IMG/VR virus record: IMGVR_UViG_3300034417_000014
Span: 1 to 64,000 of that record
DNA length: 64,000 nt
From: a virus
Direction: 5' to 3' (one strand)
This document shows, in pieces, positions 17,352 through 26,716 of the stretch. The notes under the pieces were generated by a model that was not told the DNA's origin, made no database searches, and worked only from the letters and a program-made list of their open reading frames with translations. Position 1 is the stretch's first letter. Each line of letters begins with the position of its first letter. Made by a program: the position numbers and the translations under genes.

Positions 17352-17978
17352 ATGGCCGCAGTATTAAAGTTTAAAGCAATGCCAGAAGTGTTCGTAGAGC
17401 TCAATGGCAAGACAGTAGACGACATCCTGAACGGCAATAGCAAGAGTGTTGCAATTGCATTCCGCGGCATCAAGAAAGAAGTGTCAACATCAAAGAACCC
17501 AATGTGTTTTGCATTTGTTGAAGTACACATTGACGGCGTGTACGATGATGTGCTGTCAGGAGAAGTAACTGCACAACTGGAGCAACTCCTGTTCCCAGTG
17601 CCGAAACATCCGATTGACGACGTTACTTGGGCACGTGCTCAAAAGCTGATCTCGATGGATCCTGAAGAACGGAAACAAGCGCAGAAGGAAACACGCAAGG
17701 CACAACTGTTGCTCGATGCTGTCGATCCTAACGGTGTTCCTGAGACTACTAAAGTCAAGCTGCCCAAGCAGGAAAAGGCAGCTAAGGTTACTGCACCCAA
17801 GCCCCAGCGCGATGGCAAGCCAGGTCCAGGGTATGCTGAGACAGTACGTCAAATCATCCGCGACAATCCCACTGCAGGTGAAGGCGCACTGCTGGAGCTA
17901 GTTGTTATCAAGACACGTCTCCCACTAGGCAAAGCTACTGCATACGTCCGTGACAACATTCCACGTGTTCGTGGTTGA
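17352..17978 (+). CDS. Hypothetical protein sharing its C-terminal domain with the SprT protein
   Basis: VRQIIRDNP...YVRDNIPRVRG versus LRDIIRANP...YVQGNIITVRG. Confidence 0.75.
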   Translation: MAAVLKFKAMPEVFVELNGKTVDDILNGNSKSVAIAFRGIKKEVSTSKNPMCFAFVEVHIDGVYDDVLSGEVTAQLEQLLFPVPKHPIDDVTWARAQKLISMDPEERKQAQKETRKAQLLLDAVDPNGVPETTKVKLPKQEKAAKVTAPKPQRDGKPGPGYAETVRQIIRDNPTAGEGALLELVVIKTRLPLGKATAYVRDNIPRVRG

Positions 17979-18034
17979 CTTTCACTTCCAATCCACTTAT
18001 AATGTTTACACACTAAAGCAAACGAGTAAACGAA

Positions 18035-18412
18035 ATGGATACGCAAGCAGACAACGATTACTGGAACTTTGCGGAAGGCCACAAAGACATCTTCCGCTTT
18101 TATCCAGGGCGTGATTGGTGGGACGCATTATCCCAGCAAGAGAAGGATGCAGAGTGGTCGAAGCTTTGCAAGGAGTCTGAGCGCCAGAACGAAGAGTATG
18201 TGGCTGAGGAGAAACGCTGCATCGAGGTATTCGAGAAGGCAGTAGCTGAAGCTATTTGCTCAGGTGCGCGTGATCGTGTTACTGCAATCCGCTGGCTGCT
18301 TGATGCGCAGAACGCCCTCAACGAAACCACAGGGTACGCATGCCACGTGTTGGGTTTGCCCTTCAGCTACAATGAAGAAATAAAGGCAGTATTGATGGCG
18401 GATGCCGGTTGA
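18035..18412 (+). CDS. Conserved phage hypothetical protein
   Basis: Cassette promoter at 17975; GARDRVTAIRW motif. Confidence 0.75.
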   Translation: MDTQADNDYWNFAEGHKDIFRFYPGRDWWDALSQQEKDAEWSKLCKESERQNEEYVAEEKRCIEVFEKAVAEAICSGARDRVTAIRWLLDAQNALNETTGYACHVLGLPFSYNEEIKAVLMADAG

Positions 18413-18469
18413 CTTTCACTTCCTAACCACATATAATGTTTACATACTAAACAAGTGGAGCAAAAACAA

Positions 18470-18811
18470 ATGTACTACATCATGAATGCAAAGGCACTGT
18501 TCGGCGGCAAAGTAACGCTAGAGCGTGTAATGATGGAGATGGGCGATTCCGAATCGATCAACACCATCCTTGTTTGTCGTCGTGAGAAAGGCATTGGCGA
18601 ATGGAAACCAATTTTTGTTTCCGGTGCAGGCAAAGGCTACGCTACGGAACAAAGTGCTGCAAGCTACACTGAAGACACTGGTATGGGTCACCGGAACAAA
18701 GGTAAAGACTTACAGATTGACAATGTGATAACGTACATGAACGGCCACATTGTTAGCAAGCTAAACGATATTGGTGTTGACGAGAAGCGTAGCTGCTGGG
18801 TGATGAAGTAG
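18470..18811 (+). CDS. Hypothetical early protein
   Basis: Cassette promoter at 18409, GGAG RBS. Confidence 0.75.
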   Translation: MYYIMNAKALFGGKVTLERVMMEMGDSESINTILVCRREKGIGEWKPIFVSGAGKGYATEQSAASYTEDTGMGHRNKGKDLQIDNVITYMNGHIVSKLNDIGVDEKRSCWVMK

Positions 18812-18846
18812 TTGACATGCTAATAGCTTTACGTTATAATATTAAC

Positions 18847-18923
18847 ATATTGTAACGTAAGGCAAGAAAAACCCGTAGTAGCTCGCCCCGTCAACCAACT
18901 GAGCCCGCGCAATGCGGGCTTTC
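18847..18923 (+). ncRNA. Candidate small RNA (~77 nt)
   Basis: TTGACA(18812)-17-TATAAT, then no ORF, then terminator GAGCCCGC-GCAAT-GCGGGCTT. Confidence 0.5.
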
Positions 18924-18996
18924 ATCTATTTAAATGTTGACATTCCACTTTCAGTCCACTATAATGTTTACACACTAAACAACTAGGTACAAGCAA

Positions 18997-19191
18997 ATGG
19001 CAGACAAAACAGTAAGCGAAATGATTGCAGAACTTGACGCAATGATTGAAGAGCAAAGCGGCGTCAATCCTGATGGGGCCGTTTGCTATGCTTATAAAGC
19101 AGGTTGGCTGATTTCGTTTGTTGCAGGCATGGCAAATGCGTGTCCTGATGCAAAACAATATTTGCAGGACCGGCTTGCAAAACTAAACTAA
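18997..19191 (+). CDS. Hypothetical early protein
   Basis: Cassette promoter at 18937. Confidence 0.7.
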   Translation: MADKTVSEMIAELDAMIEEQSGVNPDGAVCYAYKAGWLISFVAGMANACPDAKQYLQDRLAKLN

Positions 19192-19275
19192 ATACTAAAG
19201 CAGGCGGAAGGATCCGCTTGACTTGTAAACAATTGTGTGCTAATGTAAACACACAAAATACTTAATGGAAGAGTT

Positions 19276-19500
19276 ATGTTTAACCCTGGCGAGAAGGTAC
19301 GTGTATACGACAATGGATGTTCGTTTACTGCTACCGTACTGTATGAAGACGATGACCGAATGGGCAATACTTGGGTCTACTTACATCCTGATGTAACTAA
19401 CATCACACACAATCCTAAATTTATCATCGAGGACTACTCACCAGATGGTGACGGGTTCATTTCGGTTATGAAGAAGCTGGTAACTATAACACCACTATAA
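19276..19500 (+). CDS. Hypothetical protein (SH3/KOW-like start)
   Basis: MFNPGEKVRV; promoter at 19218. Confidence 0.65.
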   Translation: MFNPGEKVRVYDNGCSFTATVLYEDDDRMGNTWVYLHPDVTNITHNPKFIIEDYSPDGDGFISVMKKLVTITPL

Positions 19501-19511
19501 CTGGTTGTAAA

Positions 19512-19673
19512 ATGAAATCCACATCAAGTCAATTGCAGAAGCTCTTGGCGCAACGGGATAAAGTCAACGTTATGATTGACAATCTTCTTGCGGCTGGAGT
19601 TATAATGTACGACAACGATCCGCTTGTTGTCAAATCCCACACACTCACTCAACAGATTAAGAAGCTGAGGTAG
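19512..19673 (+). CDS. 53-aa hypothetical protein (not in track)
   Basis: MKSTSSQLQKLL...QQIKKLR. Confidence 0.5.
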   Translation: MKSTSSQLQKLLAQRDKVNVMIDNLLAAGVIMYDNDPLVVKSHTLTQQIKKLR

Positions 19674-19826
19674 ATATGCTGCACATCAAAATCGTACTGG
19701 GTACCTTCATTGTTACTGGGCTTGCTATCCTAGCAGGAGCTGCATCAATGGGATACATAGGTTAATGCTTGACTAGTGGTAACAATGTCGCTATAATGTT
19801 TACATACTGAAACGTTGGAGATAGAC

Positions 19827-20180
19827 ATGTACGAAGCAAGCGCGAAGGCAAACAACGCTTCCAAAGCAAACGAGTATCCGAGCAAGCCGAACAAGCCTAG
19901 ACTACAAGATACACACACAGTTGAAGAAGTCCTGGCGTATGTTGATAACCTCCGGCTTTACGAGCAGGCGATGGAAGTGTGGACTGTTGCACGTGATGCA
20001 TACTATGCTAGAAGCCACGAGATTGCTGAGCAATTCCGGAAAGACTTGGAAGAAGAACATAGTATGACAGGCCACCCTAAGGCAGACAAGCTGTACGCTA
20101 AGGCATGGGAAGATGGTCACTCTGCAGGCTTTGCTGAAGTTGAAAACGTATACAGTGACTTGATAGAACTTGTCAAATAA
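19827..20180 (+). CDS. Conserved phage hypothetical protein
   Basis: HPKADKLYAKAWEDGHSAG motif; promoter at 19769. Confidence 0.8.
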   Translation: MYEASAKANNASKANEYPSKPNKPRLQDTHTVEEVLAYVDNLRLYEQAMEVWTVARDAYYARSHEIAEQFRKDLEEEHSMTGHPKADKLYAKAWEDGHSAGFAEVENVYSDLIELVK

Positions 20181-20274
20181 TTGTTGACAATGTACTGAAC
20201 AGATAGTATAGTTACATTGTGGTCCAAATGTGGACAAAACTTAACATTAACCTTAACCTTAGAGAGTAAACATC

Positions 20275-20565
20275 ATGAACTACCAGAAAGTGAAACTGAA
20301 TAAAGGATTGCACAACGTAGTTGACAAGGCCACTGGCTTTGTTGTAGGCCAAGTCAAAGTCGTACAGAAGACTCCGACACAAGGCATTTGGAGCGGCGAG
20401 TTCAAAGTTCCATTGGCTGATGGCACCGTGGAGAATATCGTCGTACAAGGTGAACTTGGCAACACTGCTGCAAGCGTTATTCGCGCGTTTGCTGCATCCG
20501 TAGCTGACAAGGCTGTTGCACTGCCCCAACGTGTTACTTCGACGAATGTTGCCGTAGAAGCGTAA
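20275..20565 (+). CDS. Hypothetical protein
   Basis: Promoter at 20184; terminator follows. Confidence 0.75.
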   Translation: MNYQKVKLNKGLHNVVDKATGFVVGQVKVVQKTPTQGIWSGEFKVPLADGTVENIVVQGELGNTAASVIRAFAASVADKAVALPQRVTSTNVAVEA

Positions 20566-20578
20566 CACTTAGCAAGTT

Positions 20579-20606
20579 AAAAAGCCCGCCCTGATGCGGG
20601 CTTTTT
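20579..20606 (+). terminator. Rho-independent terminator
   Basis: AAAAAGCCCGC-CCTGAT-GCGGGCTTTTT. Confidence 0.85.
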
Positions 20607-20772
20607 ATTGACTGCAATTCCAGAACTCTATTACTATTTGCTATATGCTTGTTACAAAACGTTACTTGACAAAGTAACAAATGTGTTACATAATTGCACA
20701 CAGTTAGATAAATAACTATACGCCACAAGCGTAAACAAACGTAACATTAAACTTCAAAAGAGGGAACAAAAA

Positions 20773-20862
20773 ATGAATTGCACAATCTGCAGAGTACTTT
20801 GGGCAGCAGTAATCACCGGTGTAGCTATAACAATGGGCACAGGTATTTGCGGCATGCTTTAA
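20773..20862 (+). CDS. 29-aa hydrophobic Cys-containing peptide
   Basis: MNCTICRVLWAAVITGVAITMGTGICGML; promoter at 20666, AGAGGG RBS, downstream hairpin. Confidence 0.5.
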   Translation: MNCTICRVLWAAVITGVAITMGTGICGML

Positions 20863-20925
20863 AGCCTAGCTAGTGCTTGCACTAGACAGGTTGACTTATT
20901 TAGTATCCGGAGTTATACTAGCACC

Positions 20926-21156
20926 ATGAAAATAGATGACTACGAATACAACAACGAAGATGAAAGCGATATGGGTCAACTCCACGCTATTCATCTGTCT
21001 ATGAACGCCGTTGCTTTGCATCTGGCAAGCCTCCCTAAAGGCCCAAGTCTTACGCATTGCGAAGATTGCGGCGAGGAAATTCCTGAACAGAGGCGCTTGC
21101 TAGTCCAAGCATGTCGGCTTTGCGTTTACTGCAAGGAACTTGCAGAGCGACGATAA
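20926..21156 (+). CDS. DksA/TraR C4 zinc-finger protein
   Basis: CEDCGEEIPEQRR...CVYC. Confidence 0.88.
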   Translation: MKIDDYEYNNEDESDMGQLHAIHLSMNAVALHLASLPKGPSLTHCEDCGEEIPEQRRLLVQACRLCVYCKELAERR

Positions 21157-21164
21157 ATAGCTGT

Positions 21165-21464
21165 ATGGAAACAATCGGCGCACACAAGAACATCAAGTTA
21201 TGTCTTGACCTCATAGACTTCAACGGAGCATCCCCAGTTTTAAATTGGCGAGGTGCTCTGTGGTACATACACACTCACGAACGGCATCTTGGTAACTTAC
21301 TAGCTACCAAGTTCGCAGACAAAGACACCCCGCTATACTCCCTACGAACCCCGTTCTCGCTTGGAGTAGTCTTAGGGCAGGCATTACTATCAGCTGACAA
21401 CTTGCGCCAACACGAAGCTCATATGATAGACACCATACCTGAAGAACTAATTCCTTTGACATAA
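21165..21464 (+). CDS. Hypothetical protein
   Basis: Preceded by GATAAATA late-promoter-like motif. Confidence 0.6.
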   Translation: METIGAHKNIKLCLDLIDFNGASPVLNWRGALWYIHTHERHLGNLLATKFADKDTPLYSLRTPFSLGVVLGQALLSADNLRQHEAHMIDTIPEELIPLT

Positions 21465-21511
21465 CTGTTCAGGACTGTTATACTAACTGCATTAAACAAC
21501 TAGGTGCAACC

Positions 21512-21766
21512 ATGCAAAACGTACAGGAAGTAATCGTATACCGTAGCCCAGCAGAAGCGGAGATGTGGGAATACTTCCAGAACACTGGCGCAGGCACTTA
21601 CTTATTCATCTTCATCCTCTCAGCACTTGTTGGCGGCATCGTAGCTGCTGGCATTGAACAATTGTTCGGTTCGCATTTACGTTGGCAATGGCAGCGTTAC
21701 GGCAAGGTATGCACTATTGTTGTCGTTGGGTTTATTGTTGCAACGGTAATGTTCGCAAAGCTGTAA
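21512..21766 (+). CDS. Membrane protein
   Basis: Two TM helices; promoter at 21456. Confidence 0.7.
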   Translation: MQNVQEVIVYRSPAEAEMWEYFQNTGAGTYLFIFILSALVGGIVAAGIEQLFGSHLRWQWQRYGKVCTIVVVGFIVATVMFAKL

Positions 21767-21823
21767 CAGTTGACTTAGTCCTGGAACAGTGTTAAACTTA
21801 CTACATTGAAACAGGAACACATT

Positions 21824-22354
21824 ATGAGCATACGCATAGCATTCGCAAAGCTGTTTTGCATCGTAGCACACGGCAACCAGAAACGCAAGTATACAGGCGA
21901 GCCTTACTTCGTACATCCGTTTGAGGTTGAACGAATTGTATCTGAGTACACACAAGACATTCCTACACGCATCGGGGCACTGCTGCACGATACAGTTGAA
22001 GACACTTGGGTTAAGGCCTGGATGATCCGTTTGCTGTTCGGTAAGCTGAGTGCTGAAACAGTGCTTGAAGTTACTGATGTAAGCAAGCCAAGCGACGGCA
22101 ACAGAAAGAAACGTAAAGAGATTGACAGGAAGCACATTGCGAATGGCACTGTTCGTGGACAGACTATTAAGTGCGCAGACTTGATCAGCAACACCAAGAG
22201 CATTGTAGAACACGATCTCGACTTTGCACGTATATACTTAGCTGAGAAGGAACTGCTGTTGGAGGTGCTGGTCAAGGCTCCAATGGCGTTACAGGACCGC
22301 GTAGAACAGTCACTGTCGCAGTCGCAAATGCATCTGGCACTAATGCCTAAATAG
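21824..22354 (+). CDS. HD-domain hydrolase, RelA/SpoT (small alarmone hydrolase)-like
   Basis: H.NQKRKYTGEPYFVHP, ALLHDTVEDT and IKCADLISN motifs. Confidence 0.88.
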   Translation: MSIRIAFAKLFCIVAHGNQKRKYTGEPYFVHPFEVERIVSEYTQDIPTRIGALLHDTVEDTWVKAWMIRLLFGKLSAETVLEVTDVSKPSDGNRKKRKEIDRKHIANGTVRGQTIKCADLISNTKSIVEHDLDFARIYLAEKELLLEVLVKAPMALQDRVEQSLSQSQMHLALMPK

Positions 22355-22373
22355 AACACGGTCTCGTGCTATC

Positions 22374-22392
22374 GCCCCGCAAGGGGCTTTTT
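22374..22392 (+). terminator. Rho-independent terminator
   Basis: GCCCC-GCAA-GGGGC-TTTTT. Confidence 0.85.
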
Positions 22393-22452
22393 TATGACTT
22401 GACTTTTCTGTTTGCATTCACTATACTACTACACTAGACGAACAGGTGTTGC

Positions 22453-22719
22453 ATGACTGAAGACGAAGAGTTTGAGAAACGACTTGAAGCAATCGAGCCA
22501 GAGCTGCCATTTTACGCATCCCTTCAGAATAAAGTGATTGGGTATTACTTGGCGCATCGTCCTGGCAGAGGAGGATATGGCTACCTAGAGCGTGTTGCAA
22601 TATACGTTGACAAGAAGAAAGCTATAAAGGAAGCAACTGCACAAATCATATGGCCATCTGAAATAAGTGGTAGACTTCAGGCAGAATTCTGTTATAATGT
22701 TTACACACAAAACAAATAG
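22453..22719 (+). CDS. Hypothetical protein
   Basis: Promoter at 22399. Confidence 0.6.
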   Translation: MTEDEEFEKRLEAIEPELPFYASLQNKVIGYYLAHRPGRGGYGYLERVAIYVDKKKAIKEATAQIIWPSEISGRLQAEFCYNVYTQNK

Positions 22720-22729
22720 GCACAAGGCA

Positions 22730-22924
22730 ATGGCAGACAAAAAATGGTATGTGTTTGACGTAGACTGCTTAGGCTATCGTAAGACTGCTGCTGAAGCGGC
22801 TGTACTTGCCGATCAATTAATCGAGCAGGGGTTTGAGGTATTTGAAATCAAATACTTGACAGAAGCAGAGTTTTCAGCATACTGCATATCAGATGAGGCT
22901 TTGAAGCAAATTAGATCGAAATAA
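22730..22924 (+). CDS. Hypothetical protein
   Basis: Cassette promoter at 22671. Confidence 0.65.
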   Translation: MADKKWYVFDVDCLGYRKTAAEAAVLADQLIEQGFEVFEIKYLTEAEFSAYCISDEALKQIRSK

Positions 22925-22987
22925 TACTTGACTTAGCTCGGTGGCGATGTTATACTGAATCACCATCCACAACTAAAGGTAAGAACC

Positions 22988-23560
22988 ATGAAGCTGTATT
23001 TATCAGCTCTGGTATTAGCTGTAGTAATAGGGTTCTTAGTTTCGAGTGAAACAACTCATAACCAAGCTAAGTTAGTTACTCATACGTGTCCTGTTAAATT
23101 GACACAAATGATGTCTCGGGAGGAGACAATCAACACCGTTGTAGCCTTGCACAAAGTCAATAGACGATTTGCAACGCAGGTAGTTGACTACGCATATAAA
23201 TATCAGCGCGACGACTTTCCAAGGGTACACGATATCCTTGCTATCATAGCAGTCGAGAGTAATTTTAGACCGACTGCTAAATCTAATCTATCTGAAGACC
23301 CTGCTCTCGGACTAACGCAAGTTAGATCTGAAATGTGGTCAGACAAGAAGCAATGTAAAAATGTCAGGAATAATGTTGAGCAGCAAGTACGCTGTGGCGC
23401 ATTCATTCTAGCCGAATACTATCGAGAACTCGGAGACAGAGACGCTACTGTCTTAGCCTACAACATTGGTTTAGCTGCACAACAACGTGGGGACAACAAC
23501 CCGCGCTATGTGCCTAAGTACCATTCGCAGCTGGGATACTTCATCGCATATAATGGTTGA
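22988..23560 (+). CDS. SLT-domain lytic transglycosylase with N-terminal signal/anchor
   Basis: AIIAVESNF, ALGLTQV and AYNIG motifs. Confidence 0.88.
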   Translation: MKLYLSALVLAVVIGFLVSSETTHNQAKLVTHTCPVKLTQMMSREETINTVVALHKVNRRFATQVVDYAYKYQRDDFPRVHDILAIIAVESNFRPTAKSNLSEDPALGLTQVRSEMWSDKKQCKNVRNNVEQQVRCGAFILAEYYRELGDRDATVLAYNIGLAAQQRGDNNPRYVPKYHSQLGYFIAYNG

Positions 23561-23634
23561 TATAACATATTTCCTGTTGTATAATAGATACATACTAAAA
23601 CGCAACAACAACTGTAACAGTGGAGCAACACAAA

Positions 23635-23877
23635 ATGGCAATGTCAATTTTAACAGCTAACAGCATCCGCGCACGTGAGCAAGCATCCACAGCAATCCGC
23701 AAAGCAAACTTTGATGTAGAGAATGCAGAATATGTCGAGTTTATTTCCAAACACCTTCCTTCACAAACCACCGCTTACCGTAAACAGTTCAACAACTGCG
23801 TCAAAGAAGAACTTGACTTCCAAGCAAAGCGGTTGGCATATCGTGAGGCAAAAGCCCTCCGCGAAGCAACCAAATAA
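23635..23877 (+). CDS. Hypothetical early protein
   Basis: Promoter at 23557, GGAG RBS. Confidence 0.7.
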   Translation: MAMSILTANSIRAREQASTAIRKANFDVENAEYVEFISKHLPSQTTAYRKQFNNCVKEELDFQAKRLAYREAKALREATK

Positions 23878-23940
23878 AGGTAGACAAGTGGCATGGAAGC
23901 CACTATAATGTTTACACACTAAGCAACTGAGTACAAGGCA

Positions 23941-24174
23941 ATGGCAACGTACACACAGGAACAACTCAAAGAAGCGTTCAATGAGATTGCTCCCAAGCCC
24001 AACTGGAAAAACCCAATCAACAGAACAATCTTTACGCCAGGCAAAGCAAAGAAAGCATTGCTTGAAGCTGCGTGTATTCATTTCACTGGAAGCGTATTGA
24101 CTTTTGGTCCATCAGGCACTGCTAGTCGTGTACGTGTAAAGGCAGCAGGCTACTACAAAACCATAGGAAGCTAA
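23941..24174 (+). CDS. Conserved phage hypothetical protein
   Basis: NWKNPI...HFTG...AAGYY; cassette promoter at 23881. Confidence 0.75.
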   Translation: MATYTQEQLKEAFNEIAPKPNWKNPINRTIFTPGKAKKALLEAACIHFTGSVLTFGPSGTASRVRVKAAGYYKTIGS

Positions 24175-24177
24175 GGC

Positions 24178-24294
24178 ATGCAAGTAGTGTATTGTCCTGT
24201 GAACCCAGCGCATAGGGTTCCTTTGACTCCATGTAGGGCACCTAACGTATACAACTGCAAATACTGTGGCAAGACACATACGGTGAAGTCATGA
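24178..24294 (+). CDS. 38-aa Zn-finger-like peptide (not in track)
   Basis: CPVNPAH...CKYC; ATGA-coupled to the next gene. Confidence 0.5.
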   Translation: MQVVYCPVNPAHRVPLTPCRAPNVYNCKYCGKTHTVKS

Positions 24295-24521
24295 GCGACG
24301 GCTGGGAAGTAAACGCAAACGATAGAGCAACTGCACGTAGCGGTGTAGAGATACAATTCTCTGCTCGTGGCTTTGACTTGACAGATCCCAAGGTAAAGAG
24401 CTTGGTTGACAATCAAGTAGAAGTAATTGCAAGTTGGGCAGCGCAATGTCGCTGGCAACAAACTCATATCCACAACTTATCCAATTTAGGTGACAGAGGA
24501 CCGCAAGATGGCCAAAGCTAA
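24291..24521 (+). CDS. Hypothetical protein
   Basis: Coupled ORF. Confidence 0.6.
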   Translation: MSDGWEVNANDRATARSGVEIQFSARGFDLTDPKVKSLVDNQVEVIASWAAQCRWQQTHIHNLSNLGDRGPQDGQS

Positions 24522-24861
24522 AAAACTTATACCCTTGGTTGATGCTCCAGCTTATGCAGTTATTGACGCTGAGTCAAGAGAGTTCATTTACTTCATGGCA
24601 GACCAAATGCGAACGGACGTTGTTCCTCGCAAGTCTGGATTGTTCTTAGACCAAGAAGGTGCTATACGATATCGCGAGCGGGCAATGGTCGAGTCGTTAA
24701 ACAAAGTTGAACATGCCAAGAAAGTCTTGCAAATGATGGCCGGCGATCGCGGCAACAATGAGGCGTATTGGGAAGGCAGACTCCGACATTGGGAGAACTT
24801 CTCGGCAGACATTGTGACATTAGACGTAACAATTGTGTCGGCTGGTGCAAGAAAACGTTGA
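24508..24861 (+). CDS. Hypothetical protein
   Basis: GAGGA RBS. Confidence 0.65.
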   Translation: MAKAKKLIPLVDAPAYAVIDAESREFIYFMADQMRTDVVPRKSGLFLDQEGAIRYRERAMVESLNKVEHAKKVLQMMAGDRGNNEAYWEGRLRHWENFSADIVTLDVTIVSAGARKR

Positions 24862-24917
24862 CATCCACTTTCGCTTCGCTTATAATGTTTACACACTAAA
24901 GCAAACGAGCAGCAGAG

Positions 24918-25262
24918 ATGACTACTAAAGCAGACATTGTAACGTTACTTGCAGTCAATGACAAAGCAGTTGCCCGAGCACTTGTAGCACTTAACAAGCG
25001 CCAGACACAAGACGAACAGGCACACGAGACCACTAAGTATGCAAACGGCATGGGGTTTCGTCCATGCGATGCTGCACGTGGCACTGGTATGGCGCAGTTC
25101 TACACAGCGCGTGGCTACTTGACTCCGAAACAGATTGCATTTTGGCGTAAGAGAGAGAAGAACGGCAAAATGAAGATTGCAGTATACGCTGGTCAACTGC
25201 TCCTTGTAGCAGAAGAGAAAGCGCAGAAAACTCTCGTCCACCAACAACCCCTGCAGGTGTAA
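24918..25262 (+). CDS. Conserved phage hypothetical protein
   Basis: RQTQDEQ...NGMGF...LTPKQ motif; cassette promoter at 24858. Confidence 0.8.
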   Translation: MTTKADIVTLLAVNDKAVARALVALNKRQTQDEQAHETTKYANGMGFRPCDAARGTGMAQFYTARGYLTPKQIAFWRKREKNGKMKIAVYAGQLLLVAEEKAQKTLVHQQPLQV

Positions 25263-25263
25263 T

Positions 25264-25458
25264 ATGAAAGTAGGATCCGTAATTGTTTGCGTAGATCATG
25301 GCTCAGGCCGGTTGCTTCAGAATGGCAAAGAGTATACTGTCCTTGCATACGACGATGAGTACAAACTTGTCACAGTCATTAACAAGCTGGGCAACGAAGA
25401 TCAGTTCCTTACACGGCGTTTTGAGCCACAAGGCAAATATATTAAGATTTGTGGTTGA
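25264..25458 (+). CDS. Hypothetical SH3-like protein
   Basis: MKVGSVIVCVD...GKEYTV...RRF. Confidence 0.65.
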   Translation: MKVGSVIVCVDHGSGRLLQNGKEYTVLAYDDEYKLVTVINKLGNEDQFLTRRFEPQGKYIKICG

Positions 25459-25532
25459 CTTCCAGTAACTAACCACATATAATATACACATACAAACAAA
25501 TAACTTCCATCCATAGCAAAAGGTAATACAAA

Positions 25533-25748
25533 ATGAACGCACTCCAAACCGTAGCAGCAGTGAAAGCAATCCTCCCAGTAATTGCACACATGAAGCCCGA
25601 AGTTGTCGTAAGTGATATTAACGACGTGCTGGCAAAGGCAAGCAACCCCACGCTGCCGTGCTTGGATCGTTTGGTAGACGCTGCACAGGCACAAGGGCTG
25701 CAAGGCATTGTTGACCCTCGCCGCAAAAACAACTACTGGACTGCGTAA
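25533..25748 (+). CDS. Hypothetical protein
   Basis: Promoter at 25455. Confidence 0.65.
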   Translation: MNALQTVAAVKAILPVIAHMKPEVVVSDINDVLAKASNPTLPCLDRLVDAAQAQGLQGIVDPRRKNNYWTA

Positions 25749-25765
25749 GCAGACTAAATAGCAGC

Positions 25766-26002
25766 ATGGATACACAGAACCTCGTAATACTGATCGGTGC
25801 AGGGACTATACTAGTCCTTAGCACCTTTCCCCGCATCTACTGGTTGCTCACCGCAAAGAAAAGGATCAGGGAAGGTAAGAACTTACTTGAAACCTGGTCT
25901 CCCAAAGGTGCAATGAAACTCCAGATAGAAGCTGAGATGCAATCCTGGAAAGAGTTGTACAACAAAGCGAAGTTCTTCTGGCAAAAAGAGATTGACCTCT
26001 AG
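25766..26002 (+). CDS. Membrane-anchored hypothetical protein
   Basis: N-terminal TM helix. Confidence 0.6.
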   Translation: MDTQNLVILIGAGTILVLSTFPRIYWLLTAKKRIREGKNLLETWSPKGAMKLQIEAEMQSWKELYNKAKFFWQKEIDL

Positions 26003-26050
26003 GACTTCCGGAAGTATACTGTACACACATTAACGCAACGGGACAAGAAT

Positions 26051-26275
26051 ATGGAACATTTCCCCTCCCAACAAGCTGCACTACAATGGATGGTCGAAGA
26101 ACTTAATCAGAAAGATGAGTTCTGTATTGACAACGTGAGGTTTGCATTTAAGGATGACCCCGTTGCAATAGAGCACTACGAAGAGAAACGCGACAGTGGA
26201 TGCTGTGGCAGCACTGACATGGATGTGAAAATCCTTGGCCGATTGGCAACAATAGGCTGTAACTACGGACACTGA
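26051..26275 (+). CDS. Hypothetical protein
   Basis: GCCGS...GCNYGH; promoter at 25992. Confidence 0.7.
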   Translation: MEHFPSQQAALQWMVEELNQKDEFCIDNVRFAFKDDPVAIEHYEEKRDSGCCGSTDMDVKILGRLATIGCNYGH

Positions 26276-26276
26276 A

Positions 26277-26507
26277 ATGAAAGTTGTACACCCGGCATAT
26301 AAGTTTGTCGACTACATGGGGAACAGAATCCCGGTTCCCACCCACACTAGATTTATCGCAATGGATGCTGGCCACCACATACATGCGTTTCCTTACAAGC
26401 CAGTATACGGTGGCCTCGCTTGGGTATGTGACGGTAACGAATACACCCTCCTAGGCAAAGTTGAAACTGACTTACTCCCTGAACAGACACTGGTAGAAAT
26501 CAAATGA
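26277..26507 (+). CDS. Hypothetical protein
   Basis: Operonic. Confidence 0.65.
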   Translation: MKVVHPAYKFVDYMGNRIPVPTHTRFIAMDAGHHIHAFPYKPVYGGLAWVCDGNEYTLLGKVETDLLPEQTLVEIK

Positions 26508-26716
26508 AATACTTCCATCACTTTTGTGGCGTGCTTGGGTTGTACAATGTTGCCGTTGGCATATTAAAACTTCTGCAAGCATACAACACAGCAGAGTTGA
26601 CAATTGGCATCACTGTGATATGTATGCTTGTCATGGCACTCAACATATGGGGATTGATTATCCCATCCCTTAAACGTCTTCAGGCTGCAAATGAATCTAC
26701 TGAACCTAATACCTAG
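26504..26716 (+). CDS. Small membrane protein
   Basis: Hydrophobic; ATGA overlap. Confidence 0.6.
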   Translation: MKYFHHFCGVLGLYNVAVGILKLLQAYNTAELTIGITVICMLVMALNIWGLIIPSLKRLQAANESTEPNT

